Below are positions 1 through 10,763 of a stretch of 64,000 nucleotides of DNA, in pieces. The stretch covers positions 5,588,517 to 5,652,516 of the forward strand of contig NW_019091355.1 in assembly GCF_001949145.1 (NCBI RefSeq), in the 5' to 3' direction. The position numbers and the translations under genes were made by a program. Origin of the DNA: Acanthaster planci (taxonomy: Eukaryota). Each line of letters starts with the position of its first letter. Within the stretch, counting starts at the first letter, position 1. The notes beneath the pieces were generated by a model. That model saw nothing but the letters and a program-made list of their open reading frames with translations, searched no databases and had not been told where the DNA came from.

Positions 1-588
1 TAGTGTGTAAATTCATGCCAAGTTAGTTAATGTGCTGAGCAAGGCCCAATTTTATCAAAGAGTGAATAAAATTCCATTCTTAGAGAGATTTTGTGATAGG
101 ATGAACTTGGACATTATTAGTAAGGGTGGGATGTTAACACGTTTAAACGTTTAAACAAAAAAAGTTCCAAATCTGTTTACAGATTTTCCCAAACGTTTAA
201 ACAGAACCGCCCCTTTGAGATGTGTGGCCTTTTAATTGATGCAATCTGGCATTCACTTTTATTGTAAACATTGCCTGTAAAATGGAATCTGATTTTTGTT
301 CTGATCTGCAAACACTTTACTGCTCGGTTATATCCAAGGAATACCATGAATTTATCACCTGAACTTGATGTCAACTATTGACATCATATACAATTTGTTG
401 TTTTAAAGTTTTCAATGACACCATGCTAAGGGTCGGACGTTGAAACATTTAAACGGTATGGGAAAGTTTTCCACATGTTTTTCATATTCAAACATAAATT
501 CCCACTCTTAATTATTAGAAAAAATGTGATGTAGAAATGTAAATAATTTGTTCAAAGGTTTGATCATTTATGTGTTTATCTCCCTCAG

Positions 589-3500
589 TCGGAGGATTCA
601 GCCAGCCCTGCCCGTAGTTCTGTCACCATCTCACCATCTCCCCAACTTAGCAGTCAGGCTGCTTCCTTGTCTACGTCTGGTAGACCTAGAGTGAGTCCAG
701 GTCCCATCATCATAGCCAGTCCCTCCTCCAGGACTCGCTCTGGCTCCACCCAGAAAAGACGTGAGACTTGCACTTCTCATTTTTTGAGATTAACTCCATA
801 AAGTACACTGTACCAAATTTGCCAAGATCCAGCCCGAGACCTCAAATTCACTGCTTTGTCTTAAAATTCTTTGTTAACTGCAGCAAACAGTCTGCCGTAG
901 CTGTTCCAAAGAATTTTGGCTCAGTAATTCAAGATTCTGCACCTAGAGAGAAGCGTGGTGTGTGCATGTGCTGTAAGCATAGTGTGGTGATCATATATGC
1001 AGAAATTGATTTGGGCAGAGAAATGAATTTGCTCTTTGACAAAATGCGGACTGTGGAGTTATATTGCTGTTTTTACAGCTGCTGTCAAACTTGAATATTC
1101 TTGAATATGCTTTTAATAAATGCAAGTTAACTTTTCAGTACAACACAATTTCCGTTAAGCCTTACATCAGTCCATTATTCAATTCTTTTGCACCCTTATT
1201 TGACCCTGTCTCTGATAGCACCATCCTCGCATCGCACAACTCGTCATGGTTTGGCTTCCACCTCTGCTGGAGGTCATGCAACTGCCCAATCAGGAGAGAG
1301 CATGATGCAATCATCCACAGTGGGCAGGGCCACCCTCTCTGAACCCACTGGTCCATCAGCGACTTCTACCCCGGCTTCGGGGGATCCGGGCCCGTCAAGC
1401 GAGGGTGCTTCACAGATGTCTCTGGATGAGGACAGCTCCCTGACTACATCTGCTCAGACGGGCCCACCCACCGGTCACTCCAGTCCCATCACCGATGGCT
1501 CAAGACCGACAGTCACCTCTGAACTTGCTTCTCAGGAGAGACCGGTTATCGCAGCCAATCCGTTAGTGATGGACAGCCCGACAGCCAGTTCCACCCTTTC
1601 GCAGCCGGTCAGTTCCAGCCCAGCCCTGTCCATTCAGAATTTAGGTCAGAGACCTTCAGACATGCCAAGTGTCCAATGGAGAGTAGACCACAGTCAATTC
1701 ACCACACCAGGTGAAAAATCAATGGTAGGTTGCTCAGGATAACCCACCTATTTCCACGTGTTTAGAAATTTTGAAGTTAACAATTTGATGTTTTCATGTA
1801 AGCTGCTTTGAGATGTTTTCACATGTAAGGCAGTTTATAGAAACTGTTATTTCAACATACATTGGAGAAGAATTTCATTTTCCTGTTGTTAATTTCAGTT
1901 TAATTTCCAACTTTCTGCCAAACTTTGGGCCTGCTGTTCACTTCACACCATCAAAAAGTGAAGTAATGACAGTTTCAAAGTGTATTCCTTTTTGTCTTTC
2001 TTTTCTTTTTTGTGTCAGAGCATCATTGCAAAAACACCAAAGAGTGGCCCAGTTGCCAGACACGTAACTTCCAGAAGACGTAAGCTGTCCCCACCACCAG
2101 AGGGCGACAGACAACAGTCGATAATAGCGCCGGGAACCAAGAAAGGTATTTTATTAAAGTGTAGCTGCAATGAATTTCTCACAGACACAAATTTTCTAAT
2201 TCTTTGTACTCTTCTTTAAAGTATGAAAACGTGTTTTCATTCCTCTATGATTACATGCATTAAAACTTGCACTTTTAAACACTTTTAAAAGTATGCATGC
2301 TTTTCTAGACAACTGAGGGCGCTGTTGCTGTGCTGTCATCCAGGGAAGACATGGTTCATTGCACAGGTTTTTCTTTTCCAGTTGTGAACCCAGAAAATAC
2401 TTACTGAAAATATTTCTGAGAAAGGGATTGCTGCTCTCTTATTACTGTGCTCATAAACAATAGTGAATCTGCTACAAAAATGCAGAACTTTTTGTTTCCA
2501 GACCAATGCATCATTGGGGCTCTTCCTGAGATGACATCATGCTTTTGGTCATGAATATGGAAATATGCTCATTTGCATAAAACAAAAAGGGCACAAAATA
2601 CCCTTTGAAACAGTGAAATAAACATTAGAAATAAGTGACACAGAAAAGTGCCTTTTGAAGGTTTGTATTAAAAGAAACCGATTGCAGCACGGCTAAGTCT
2701 TACAAACAATGACTGCCTGGTCGCGTTATTTTTTTCCTAGGAAAGTAAGGGGTAATTATCATATACGGGCGTGGTTAACTGCAAGTTCGATCAGGTTAGG
2801 GGAGAGTTAGAAACTATTATAAAATCATCCTCCAACCAGCTAATTCTTCACCAAGAAGAGAACTCTCTCTGTGGTTCTAAGTAAAATACTCAGAGCTACC
2901 ATTCAAGTCAGCCAGAAAGGCAATCTTGTGTTGTTTTACACTTGTCCCCTGTTATGAATATTGTCCCCAACCTTCCTAGATGGAAAACGCATGCGCAACG
3001 GTTAAGATACGCCCATTTTATTATGATTACGCCTAACCTTCCTAGGAAAAACAATTTACGCTGCCTGGTCTGTGTGACTAGTTTTCACCTCTCATTTCCT
3101 GTTATCTGTGATTTGACTCAGCATTTGACTTGTTACTAGACTTTCTGTTGACTCAGTGACACTTCACAAATCTCAATATGTCGTCTTAAATGGGTGGTGT
3201 TTAGGATTCTTCCAAAGACAAAATCCTTGTCTTTGGAAGAAAACCTTAGAACTCTGTCACGTTGCACTGTGGCCAAATTGTACAAAGTTTTGAATTTCAC
3301 ACATTTTGCAGCTTTTCGTTTTCACCATGGCAGAGGTTCCAGTACTATTTACTGTGATAAATGAAAAACCAGGAGAGTCAAGATAATAATTCAGTTAATG
3401 TATTATAGCATTCTTTTTTTGTTCACAGCAAAAGTGCGTCTTTGGGCTGGTAATGGTCGCCGTCGCCTAGCAACTGATGTAACTGATTTAGATATGGTGT

Positions 3501-6500
3501 TGAGTACGCTGGAAGACGTGATAGTTGATTACAAGTTAGTCTTCATGTTAAGTTCCGTCTACCTTATAAGTATCTCTGCCTGAGCTGCTTTGGGTGGTTT
3601 GAAAGATACGGTTGTGTGTAATGCCCATGTCAGAAAAGAATCAGAACTATTGAGTTGGTACACAAAGTAAAGTTGAGTTGGGGTGTTAGAAAAACTGCAT
3701 TGACGTACAAGAGGTTACATATCAATTTGTCACCTGTGATTAAAATAGCCTGTTATTCTTTGGTTCTGGGTACTTGTAACTGTACGAGACAAACACCAAC
3801 AAGAAAATGATTGGTAAAGACCTCTTCAGACTTTTTGTTCTTGCTGCGAATGGTGTCAGATTGTGAATTAAAACTTACAGTTGCTTTTTCTTTAAATGTG
3901 GTAAAGTAGATAAATTTCAGATTTTTAACCGAAGTTAAGCACACATTTCAAGTAGTTGGTTCTTGAACCGTTTTTACTTTTAAAACTTTTTTGTTTATAC
4001 TCCTAAACAGTATATAAGGTTCTAGAAACTTATCTCAGAGGGCCTGTCTGACTGACATTCCACAATGACGACTCGAAAAATCTCAGCCAGTGTGGACAAA
4101 AATGAATCCTGATTTGTTTTTTCTTTCAGACAGAAATTGGAGTCTGCATCCCAGAAGCGGGCATTGACCAAGTTCTTCTACCTTATGAAGAAGGAACTGA
4201 CTAACAAGGTTGGTGGAAACCAGATTCCTCGCATGTAATCAGGAATAAAACTTCTACAAAAATCTGAAAGCATCAGGAATAATATTTACAGAATTTTTTC
4301 AAGTCCAACTCCCAGTGACCAGTACATAAACATGAATCCCGTATGTAGACACCAAATCCCATGCAGATTTTTTTTATTTTTCTGAATTCCACTAAAAATA
4401 CCGTGTGACGTTTTGCTAATCTTTACAAAAATGACTGCATAGGACTTTTGACAGCAAAGATGATTTGAGAAATGTCTTATTTTACTATTCTTTGGAAAGG
4501 TGATAACAGTTGTTCTATTCGTAATCCAACTCCATTGGTATTTTAGCTGGAAATCCTGCAAAATGCAACAACATACATGAACAGAGTCCCAATTGGCACA
4601 TTTTCCAGCTTGACACATGTATTTGGATCTTCCTGCTTTTTTTGGCGGATACAACTTTTTTAGGAGTTTGTAAGTATTCACCATGTGGTGTTATTAGTTT
4701 GACTGAGAGCTGAAACCTTTACATCCGTTGTCAAAGTGAGAAGCCTACTCAGTGTAACAAGATGAGGTCAACATCTTCAAGGCTAAAATGTCTTGGGTGA
4801 TTAAGCTACTGGCCTGCTCAGGATTGAACAGTGATATGCATGTAGTTCAATGGGACTAGTATCTGCTTCATGTGCCCAACACAACAGGGTCCTATTCACA
4901 CAACTGTTGCATATTGTTGTGCCGGGCAGGGTTTTTCTCAAGCTCCTTCAAAACTTTCAACCAAGAGATTCGTCCTTCTTCTCCTGTGCCTCCTCAGATT
5001 GACCTAGGTCAGGAGTACAAAGTCTTGAAGAGCGGCTTGACCCGCATGACGGCAACCATGAGAAAACAACGGAGGAAACTGTTGTTACTGCAGCAGGAGA
5101 ATGCAAGGTGAGGGAACGGAAAGTTAGTGCTGTGAACAGCGAGTACTCCCATCAGAACTATCCTTGTCGGCTGAGGTTTATGCATCTGTATTTGTCATGC
5201 ACTGATTCAGGAATTTTGAGGGGAGGGGTTCAAATCCTTTTGAGCTCTTGGAGAGTAAATGAGTTTTTTGATGCGAAAATAGGCCTTTTATGAATGCTGT
5301 GATTGTTCTGTTCCAGATACGCATTATTTAGGTTTCACTTTTCCAAACACTTTTTTTAAGAGGAGAGAAAGAGGTTTATGACTAGAAGTGGTGTCAGCAT
5401 AATTTTTGGNNNNNNNNNNNNNNNNNNNNNNNNNNNNNNNNNNNNNNNNNNNNNNNNNNNNNNNNNNNNNNNNNNNNNNNNNNNNNNNNNNNNNNNNNNN
5501 NNNNNNNNNNNNNNNNNNNNNNNNNNNNNNNNNNNNNNNNNNNNNNNNNNNNNNNNNNNNNNNNNNNNNNNNNNNNNNNNNNNNNNNNNNNNNNNNNNNN
5601 NNNNNNNNNNNNNNNNNNNNNNNNNNNNNNNNNNNNNNNNNNNNNNNNNNNNNNNNNNGTTAGCATATATTTTTTCTTAGCACATTTGTTGGGGGTACTG
5701 CCTCTAATTCTTAGCCAGAGTTTGCATTATCAGTGTGAGCAAAATTTGGGGATTGTTACTCTCATATGACGGGCCAAGACTTCAATGTCTTCTCTGAGTT
5801 ATATCAAATCTTTAAAGTCTTCTCTGAGTTATATCAAATCTTCAAAGTACTTGATGTTTCAGAACAAAATACCCTAGATGAGCTTTGAAGCTTTTCATTG
5901 TGATGGCAAGTTAGGTAAAGAGGTTTTCGGTAGCACCATACAAGGCCGTCTCTTTTTTGAGTATGTGTAATTCTGAAAAGAATTGGAGGGTACTCAACAT
6001 TTTGGACGGTATGCTCTGTCTGTCGTAGGAGACAGAAGAGAAAATCGTACTTAACGGTGATGCAGCAACAGACAAGTACTTCTCCAACAAAACAATGATT
6101 TTCAACATACATTACTTGAAGGTGATCTTGTACATCCCAAACTCATAAAATTTGTCATCATTTTCATGAAGAGACAAATTTGGCCAAAAATCATCACTTT
6201 TCAATTTTTGTTTTGTTTTGACAAGTCAACTAAACCATCTGTTGCCGACAGCTTGATGAAATCATTTTGACAAAATCTATATGTGTCCGCCAGATCGCAA
6301 TAATATCCGCAGGACAACTCAACTAAAACGCATTTTGCAGTTTCATGAATGATGAATGGACAAATGTGTTCTCCTCAGAGATTACGTGAAGCAATGCAGG
6401 GCAAAACTTGACCAGCCTGAGATTTTTATTCTTATGAAGAGACAAGTGGAAGACAAGACACCAAGCTGTACACAAATGTAACATCTGGCATGTGTAATGG

Positions 6501-7448
6501 CCAGAGCACGTGGATTACCAATACTATTTCCCTAGTGTCTGAGTCTTCATAAAGGAGGGAGTTTTACGTTAATAGGTAATCCTTAATTGCAGTCAAATTA
6601 AGGAACTGACAGCACAATTTTGGACATTTTATTGCTGTTTAAGATATATGCATTTGCGAAATGTACTTTATTTCTACAGCACCGTTTTCTCAGAAGTTTA
6701 GTTTTACACTGCATGACGAAGTAAGGATGAGGAAAGTGATGTTTTTCCCCTCTGTTCATAATCCACAGACTCAACAGTCGTATCAGAGAGCTAAAGGACA
6801 GTGCCATGAACAAGAGAGACAAGAGCCAGGAGATGGCGGAGATCAGCACGTTCTTGGGTGACTTACAGCAATTTCATCAGGACAACATAGAACCTACGAG
6901 TGGAGACAAGGGCGAAGCCCAGCTGGTAAGTTACTTGCTGTCTGCTCCACACATCGGCTTTATGGAAGGCATATGGGGGGAAGCAATTACTTTATTGGAA
7001 AGAACCTTTGAGAGAATTTTTCTTCAGCATTGTAAGAAGACATGAGGAAAAATTCAGATCTTTTCTAAATTTCAAGGGACCTTGACATCGTATGATTACG
7101 GGGAAAACATGCCAGTTTTTGGTTTAATGTTCATTCATTTATTTCTTTATAAGAAAATGACCAGTTGAGTATATTCCCTGGCCACTGGCCAATGCCCAGG
7201 CATCTAAGCCTTGTCTAACGTTCATTTGTTTTGGCTGTAGATTTGATTTTTGTCCAGTATTCGCAACAGTCAAAAGAAACAGTTGATTTGACCATGACTT
7301 CTGTTCTCTGTTTTTTGGTCTTTGTGTACAGGAGTTCAGCAGCCAGAATATTGGCCCTCTATTGGCCAGTGGCCAGGCATCTTCAAGATCGGAATATAAC
7401 CTGAGGTCAGTGAATGACAAGCTACAGCAATGGCTGGACACTCATTAG
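589..7448 (+). CDS. CENPU: Centromere protein U-like (CENP-U/MLF1IP/CENP-50 family), 5'-partial spliced CDS
   Basis: Exons 589-760, 1219-1724, 2019-2145, 3429-3534, 4130-4208, 4998-5107, 6769-6925, 7332-7448 (TAG), all AG/GT bounded with matching phases (1,0,1,2,0,2,0). A Ser/Pro/Thr-rich disordered part is followed by VRLWAGNGRRRLATDVTDLDMVLSTLEDVIVDYKQKLESASQKRALTKFFYLMKKEL...coiled coil...ISTFLGDLQQFHQD...EFSSQNIGPLLASGQASSRSEYNLRSVNDKLQQWLDTH*. This parallels the vertebrate CENP-U C-terminus as I recall it (IWC...SDI.EL.IVL..FE...ESK.CK.AI..FY; YFLSNLKQLYQD; YDSSSLPALL...ESHLRNINHQLEKLLD). Gene start lies upstream of the window. Confidence 0.78.
2723..3061. mobile_element. Non-autonomous Mutator-like (MULE) MITE
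   Basis: ~55-bp imperfect terminal inverted repeats (GCGTTATTTTTTTCCTAGGAAAGTAAGGGGTAAT... / ...ATTACGCCTAACCTTCCTAGGAAAAACAATTTACGC) flanked by an exact 9-bp direct repeat TGCCTGGTC (2714-2722 and 3062-3070). Confidence 0.8.
5410..5658. other. Assembly gap (N run)
   Basis: Run of N. Confidence 1.
5788..5846. repeat. 30-bp tandem duplication
   Basis: GTCTTCTCTGAGTTATATCAAATCTT(T/C)AAA occurs twice in tandem. Confidence 0.8.
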
Positions 7449-7453
7449 TGGCC

Positions 7454-8150
7454 TGTAGTAGCCAGAACAAGGGACCTCTACTGACCAGTGCCCTAGCATC
7501 TTTGAGATCTGTGTCGTATCTTATTCCCTTGGATGAAAATGTGCAGAAACGACTGGACTCATCACTGGCCTGTAGTAGCCAGTGTGATGGCCTTCTACTG
7601 ACCAGTGACCAAGCATCTTTGAGATCTGTGTCGTATCTTATTCCCTTGAATGAAAACGTACAGAAACGGCTTGACTCATCGGCTTGTAGTAGCCAGTGTG
7701 ATGGCCTCCTACTGACCAGTGCCCAAGCATCTTTGAGATCTGTGTGTAATCTTATCCCCTTGAATGAAAACGTACAGAAACNNNNNNNNNNNNNNNNNNN
7801 NNNNNNNNNNNNNNNNNNNNNNNNNNNNNNNNNNNNNNNNNNNNNNNNNNNNNNNNNNNNNNNNNNNNNNNNNNNNNNNNNNNNNNNNNNNNNNNNNNNN
7901 NNNNNNNNNNNNNNNNNNNNNNNNNNNNNNNNNNNNNNNNNNNNNNNNNNNNNNNNNNNNNNNNNNNNNNNNNNNNNNNNNNNNNNNNNNNNNNNNNNNN
8001 NNNNNNNNNNNNNNNNNNNNNNNNNNNNNNNNNNNNNNNNNNNNNNNNNNNNNNNNNNNNNNNNNNNNNNNGTTGCCAGTGACAAGCTGCAGAATGTTGA
8101 GATTCCTGGCCATTCATTAGTGGTCTGAAGAAGCCATTGGTGACCTGTGC
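7454..8150 (+). repeat. Tandem array of 114-117-bp units derived from the last CENP-U coding exon (interrupted by gap)
   Basis: Units start at 7454, 7571 and 7685, with a diverged terminal unit after the gap (8072-8150). Each aligns to exon 7332-7448 and the units are open in one continuous frame (ORF 7430-8128). Confidence 0.9.
7782..8071. other. Assembly gap (N run) inside the exon-derived tandem array
   Basis: Run of N. Confidence 1.
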
Positions 8151-9142
8151 TAGCCATTCTCCAAATGTTCTCATGTTAGGGTGTAAAATGAGACTGATAC
8201 GTGATCAGGACACCCGTGAAGAGGAATTTATTGGCTGTTGCCCAAATGATGTCAGGAGTGGAGGCAATAGGTGTGAATTGTATTATAGCCATAATTAAGA
8301 CCCTGCAGCCAATACCCTTGCATCATCTAAGTTAGTGATTGGAAGTCTTTGATTTAGCTGGGCGTTCAGTAACAGTGCAGTAGCCAGGATTTTTGCTTCA
8401 AAGATGCAATCTTAAAGTTGACAGTTTTGGTTTGGAATTGGCAGTGTTTACTTGTGATAAACTTTACATGCTTGAATGAAACTACCTAACACTTCGTGAA
8501 AATCCCATGCAAAAGGTTGCCGTGGCCCTTTGAGTAATGATTTGCATCTTTATACTGTGTATTCATCAAAAACAATTTGAAACAACAAGGTAGGAAATAT
8601 TGACAAAAAAATCCCTGGTAGAATAATTGCCTCCCTTTCATTTGAATATGTTTTGTTGATGTTGTTCCCTAAGAGAAACTAATCCATGTCGGCACTGTTT
8701 AAAAGCAAGATATGCCAAGTGTAACATAATTTATGTACATGTAAAATAATGTGATTGTTTAAGAGTGTTTAAGATTTTCCAACATGTACTTTTCTATGCA
8801 GGAAAAAAAAAAAGTTAACTGTTATGCGAATTTAGTGCAATTTCCAATTCAGTGTTTGTGGTTTCCCTTGAAGTGTAAACCAATGCTGGAATTACATTCC
8901 CCATCATGAAGGTTAAATTCCCAAGCCAAGAAAAACCTCCTAAATGGATTATCCTGACTGAAGCCCTCGTAATTTTAAATTTTTTCCTTAAAAAAACTTA
9001 TCAGAGCAGATGTAGTGCTCAGATATTTACACCTAAGTTGTTGCAGAGCTGTACTTTGGAACCCAAAATTTAATGGCTGTTCTTCATGTACAGCATGTAG
9101 CTGTAATGTGCTATTTGTCCATGTGCACTGATGCTTAATCAC

Positions 9143-9403
9143 CAAAGATCGTATAGCGCCGAAAGCGCTGCCCAAAAGACGTAATTACCATGGGCGCCAT
9201 TTGAGGAAGCGATACGCCTGCGCAGTTTACGGTAATGCTTGGGCGCAGGCTCATTAGGTGCGCGTGCCCTGCGCCTGTGCATTAATTTGCATTGCGCAGG
9301 CGTATCGCTTGCTTAAATGGCGCCCATGCGATTACAACGTTTTACGTGCATTCACGGTGAAGTTCGCCATCTTGCGCCGCTTCGCGGCGCGATACGATCT
9401 TTG
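9143..9403. mobile_element. Palindromic MITE (possibly hAT-like)
   Basis: Termini CAAAGATCGTATAGCGCCG / CGGCGCGATACGATCTTTG. Inner arms CATGGGCGCCATTTGAGGAAGCGATACGCCTGCGCA / TGCGCAGGCGTATCGCTTGCTTAAATGGCGCCCATG. Flanks TTAATCAC / TTAATTAC are a possible 8-bp TSD with 1 mismatch. Confidence 0.8.
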
Positions 9404-9430
9404 TTAATTACCACTTTGGTTCCAACAATA

Positions 9431-9789
9431 AGCCTTTTGCGAGTTAAATTTGAATAGAATTTGGTACACTGAGTTCTTTTAAATTCACGTGAACATAACA
9501 ATTGGAATTCTCCATACTAAAGCCACTGTTGCTATACCTTCTGATTCGGAACAAGCTTTTCCTTAGTTACGTAAGAGACGCCTTGCAACAATACACTCTT
9601 CTCAATGGAAAAGAAGGGCACAAAGGAACCAGTCCATTCCAGAGATGGTGGTCGCGAAGCAAAAGCTTGACCCAAATCACGAGGAATAGCAACAGTGTCT
9701 TTAGTCTGGGGAATTCAAATTGTTATGTCTATGTGCAATCAGATAACTCAGTATACCAGGTTTTATTCAAATTTAACTCGTAAATGGCT
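9431..9789. mobile_element. Fold-back MITE with ~140-bp inverted arms, TA-flanked
   Basis: Left arm AGCCTTTTGCGAGTTAAATTTGAATAG...GAATTCTCCATACTAAAGCCACTGTTGCTAT...CAAGCTTTT pairs with right arm AAAAGCTTG...ATAGCAACAGTGTCTTTAGTCTGGGGAATTC...TATTCAAATTTAACTCGTAAATGGCT. TA at 9429-9430 and 9790-9791. Confidence 0.8.
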
Positions 9790-10011
9790 TAGGCCGTATT
9801 CCAGTACTCAATTCGGCTCTGCCTCAGGCTTCAACTATTTTTTCACTAGCTGACTTTGAAGCTGTAAGCGCAGTAATCAGTCTAATAGTGCCACAGAACA
9901 TCAAATAAGATGCGAGAAAGCCAAAAATTACAGTAATGCAATGTAATTCAAACGCTTCAGGCCCACAATCGGGGATTGGTTTTGGGAACGACGCCTGAGA
10001 CGGAGAAGAAG

Positions 10012-10312
10012 TTAAGTATTGGAAAACGGCCTTATTGAGACACCTATGTTGCAACTCTCTAGACAGCTCTGAATTGCTGCTACGGACAGCGCCACCAAAC
10101 GTCTGATGGTTTCCAGTCCTCCACCCACAACCATGTCTCCCAGCCCCAACCCATTCCCCACAGGCTTTTCGAAATTTTCATCGTACTGTAATACAATGAG
10201 ACCATAATCTTGGCAATAGAAAAACACAAATACGTGCAAAGGATTCGCCGTCACAACGTCATCGCAAAAAGAGATACCAATCATGACAGACGTCTTGTCA
10301 ACAAGGACGTTT
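10012..10312 (-). pseudogene. Isolated terminal coding-exon-like segment (99 codons) of an unknown gene or pseudogene
   Basis: Pyrimidine-rich acceptor ending TTACAG, then an open frame NVLVDKTSVMIGISFCDDVVTANPLHVFVFFYCQDYGLIVLQYDENF...IRRLVALSVAAIQSCLES...* with globular composition. No clean upstream exon chain was found; candidate segments at 11300-12000 carry stops. Confidence 0.3.
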
Positions 10313-10559
10313 CTGTAAAAAGGAAACCATGCAATTTTTATACATGTATTTAAACTTGAGAACAGAAAACCTATGTATGTCGAGCGCTGTCCGATTCCTG
10401 GTCCACTTCTGGCTTCGAACTCTAAACACCTGGCACATTTGAACTGTTATATGATTATACCCCCATCTCTCCAATATACCTGTCGGGACACATTTAATCC
10501 CTGCCGATTAAAGAGTCTGTTGGAAGTTGTTCAGATATTCAGATGTTCGGATCCTCTGA

Positions 10560-10763
10560 CACTGGCGTATCCAGGTTTTGAGTTTGGGGAGCTAAGTGGG
10601 ATTTTTTTAAACCAATGTTCATTTTTATCCATGTAAAGAGATGTCCCTCGGAAAGGTGGAAGTAGCGTTTCGAAAGTTTGGCTCTTTCAAGTGCTGAAAA
10701 AAATTGCCCGTGTGTCTTGGGGAGGGACAGCTCCACCCCCCTCTCCCACTGGATACGCCACTG
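10560..10763. mobile_element. Short non-autonomous DNA transposon (CAGTGGCG termini, hAT-like)
   Basis: CACTGGCGTATCCAG ... CTGGATACGCCACTG, a 15-bp inverted repeat with 1 mismatch. No clear TSD. Confidence 0.65.

Noticed and set aside
121..510. Degenerate transposon ends (TAAGGGTGGGA ... TCCCACTCTTA, with a direct copy at ~427)
   Set aside because: Too short and degenerate, with no TSD to define an element.
2309..2366. Extra CENP-U exon (AG...GT bounded)
   Set aside because: Introduces an immediate in-frame TGA; exons 2145 and 3429 join in phase without it.
5378..5680. ORFs spanning N runs (also 7709-8174 and 45061-46031)
   Set aside because: Artefacts of assembly gaps translated as X.
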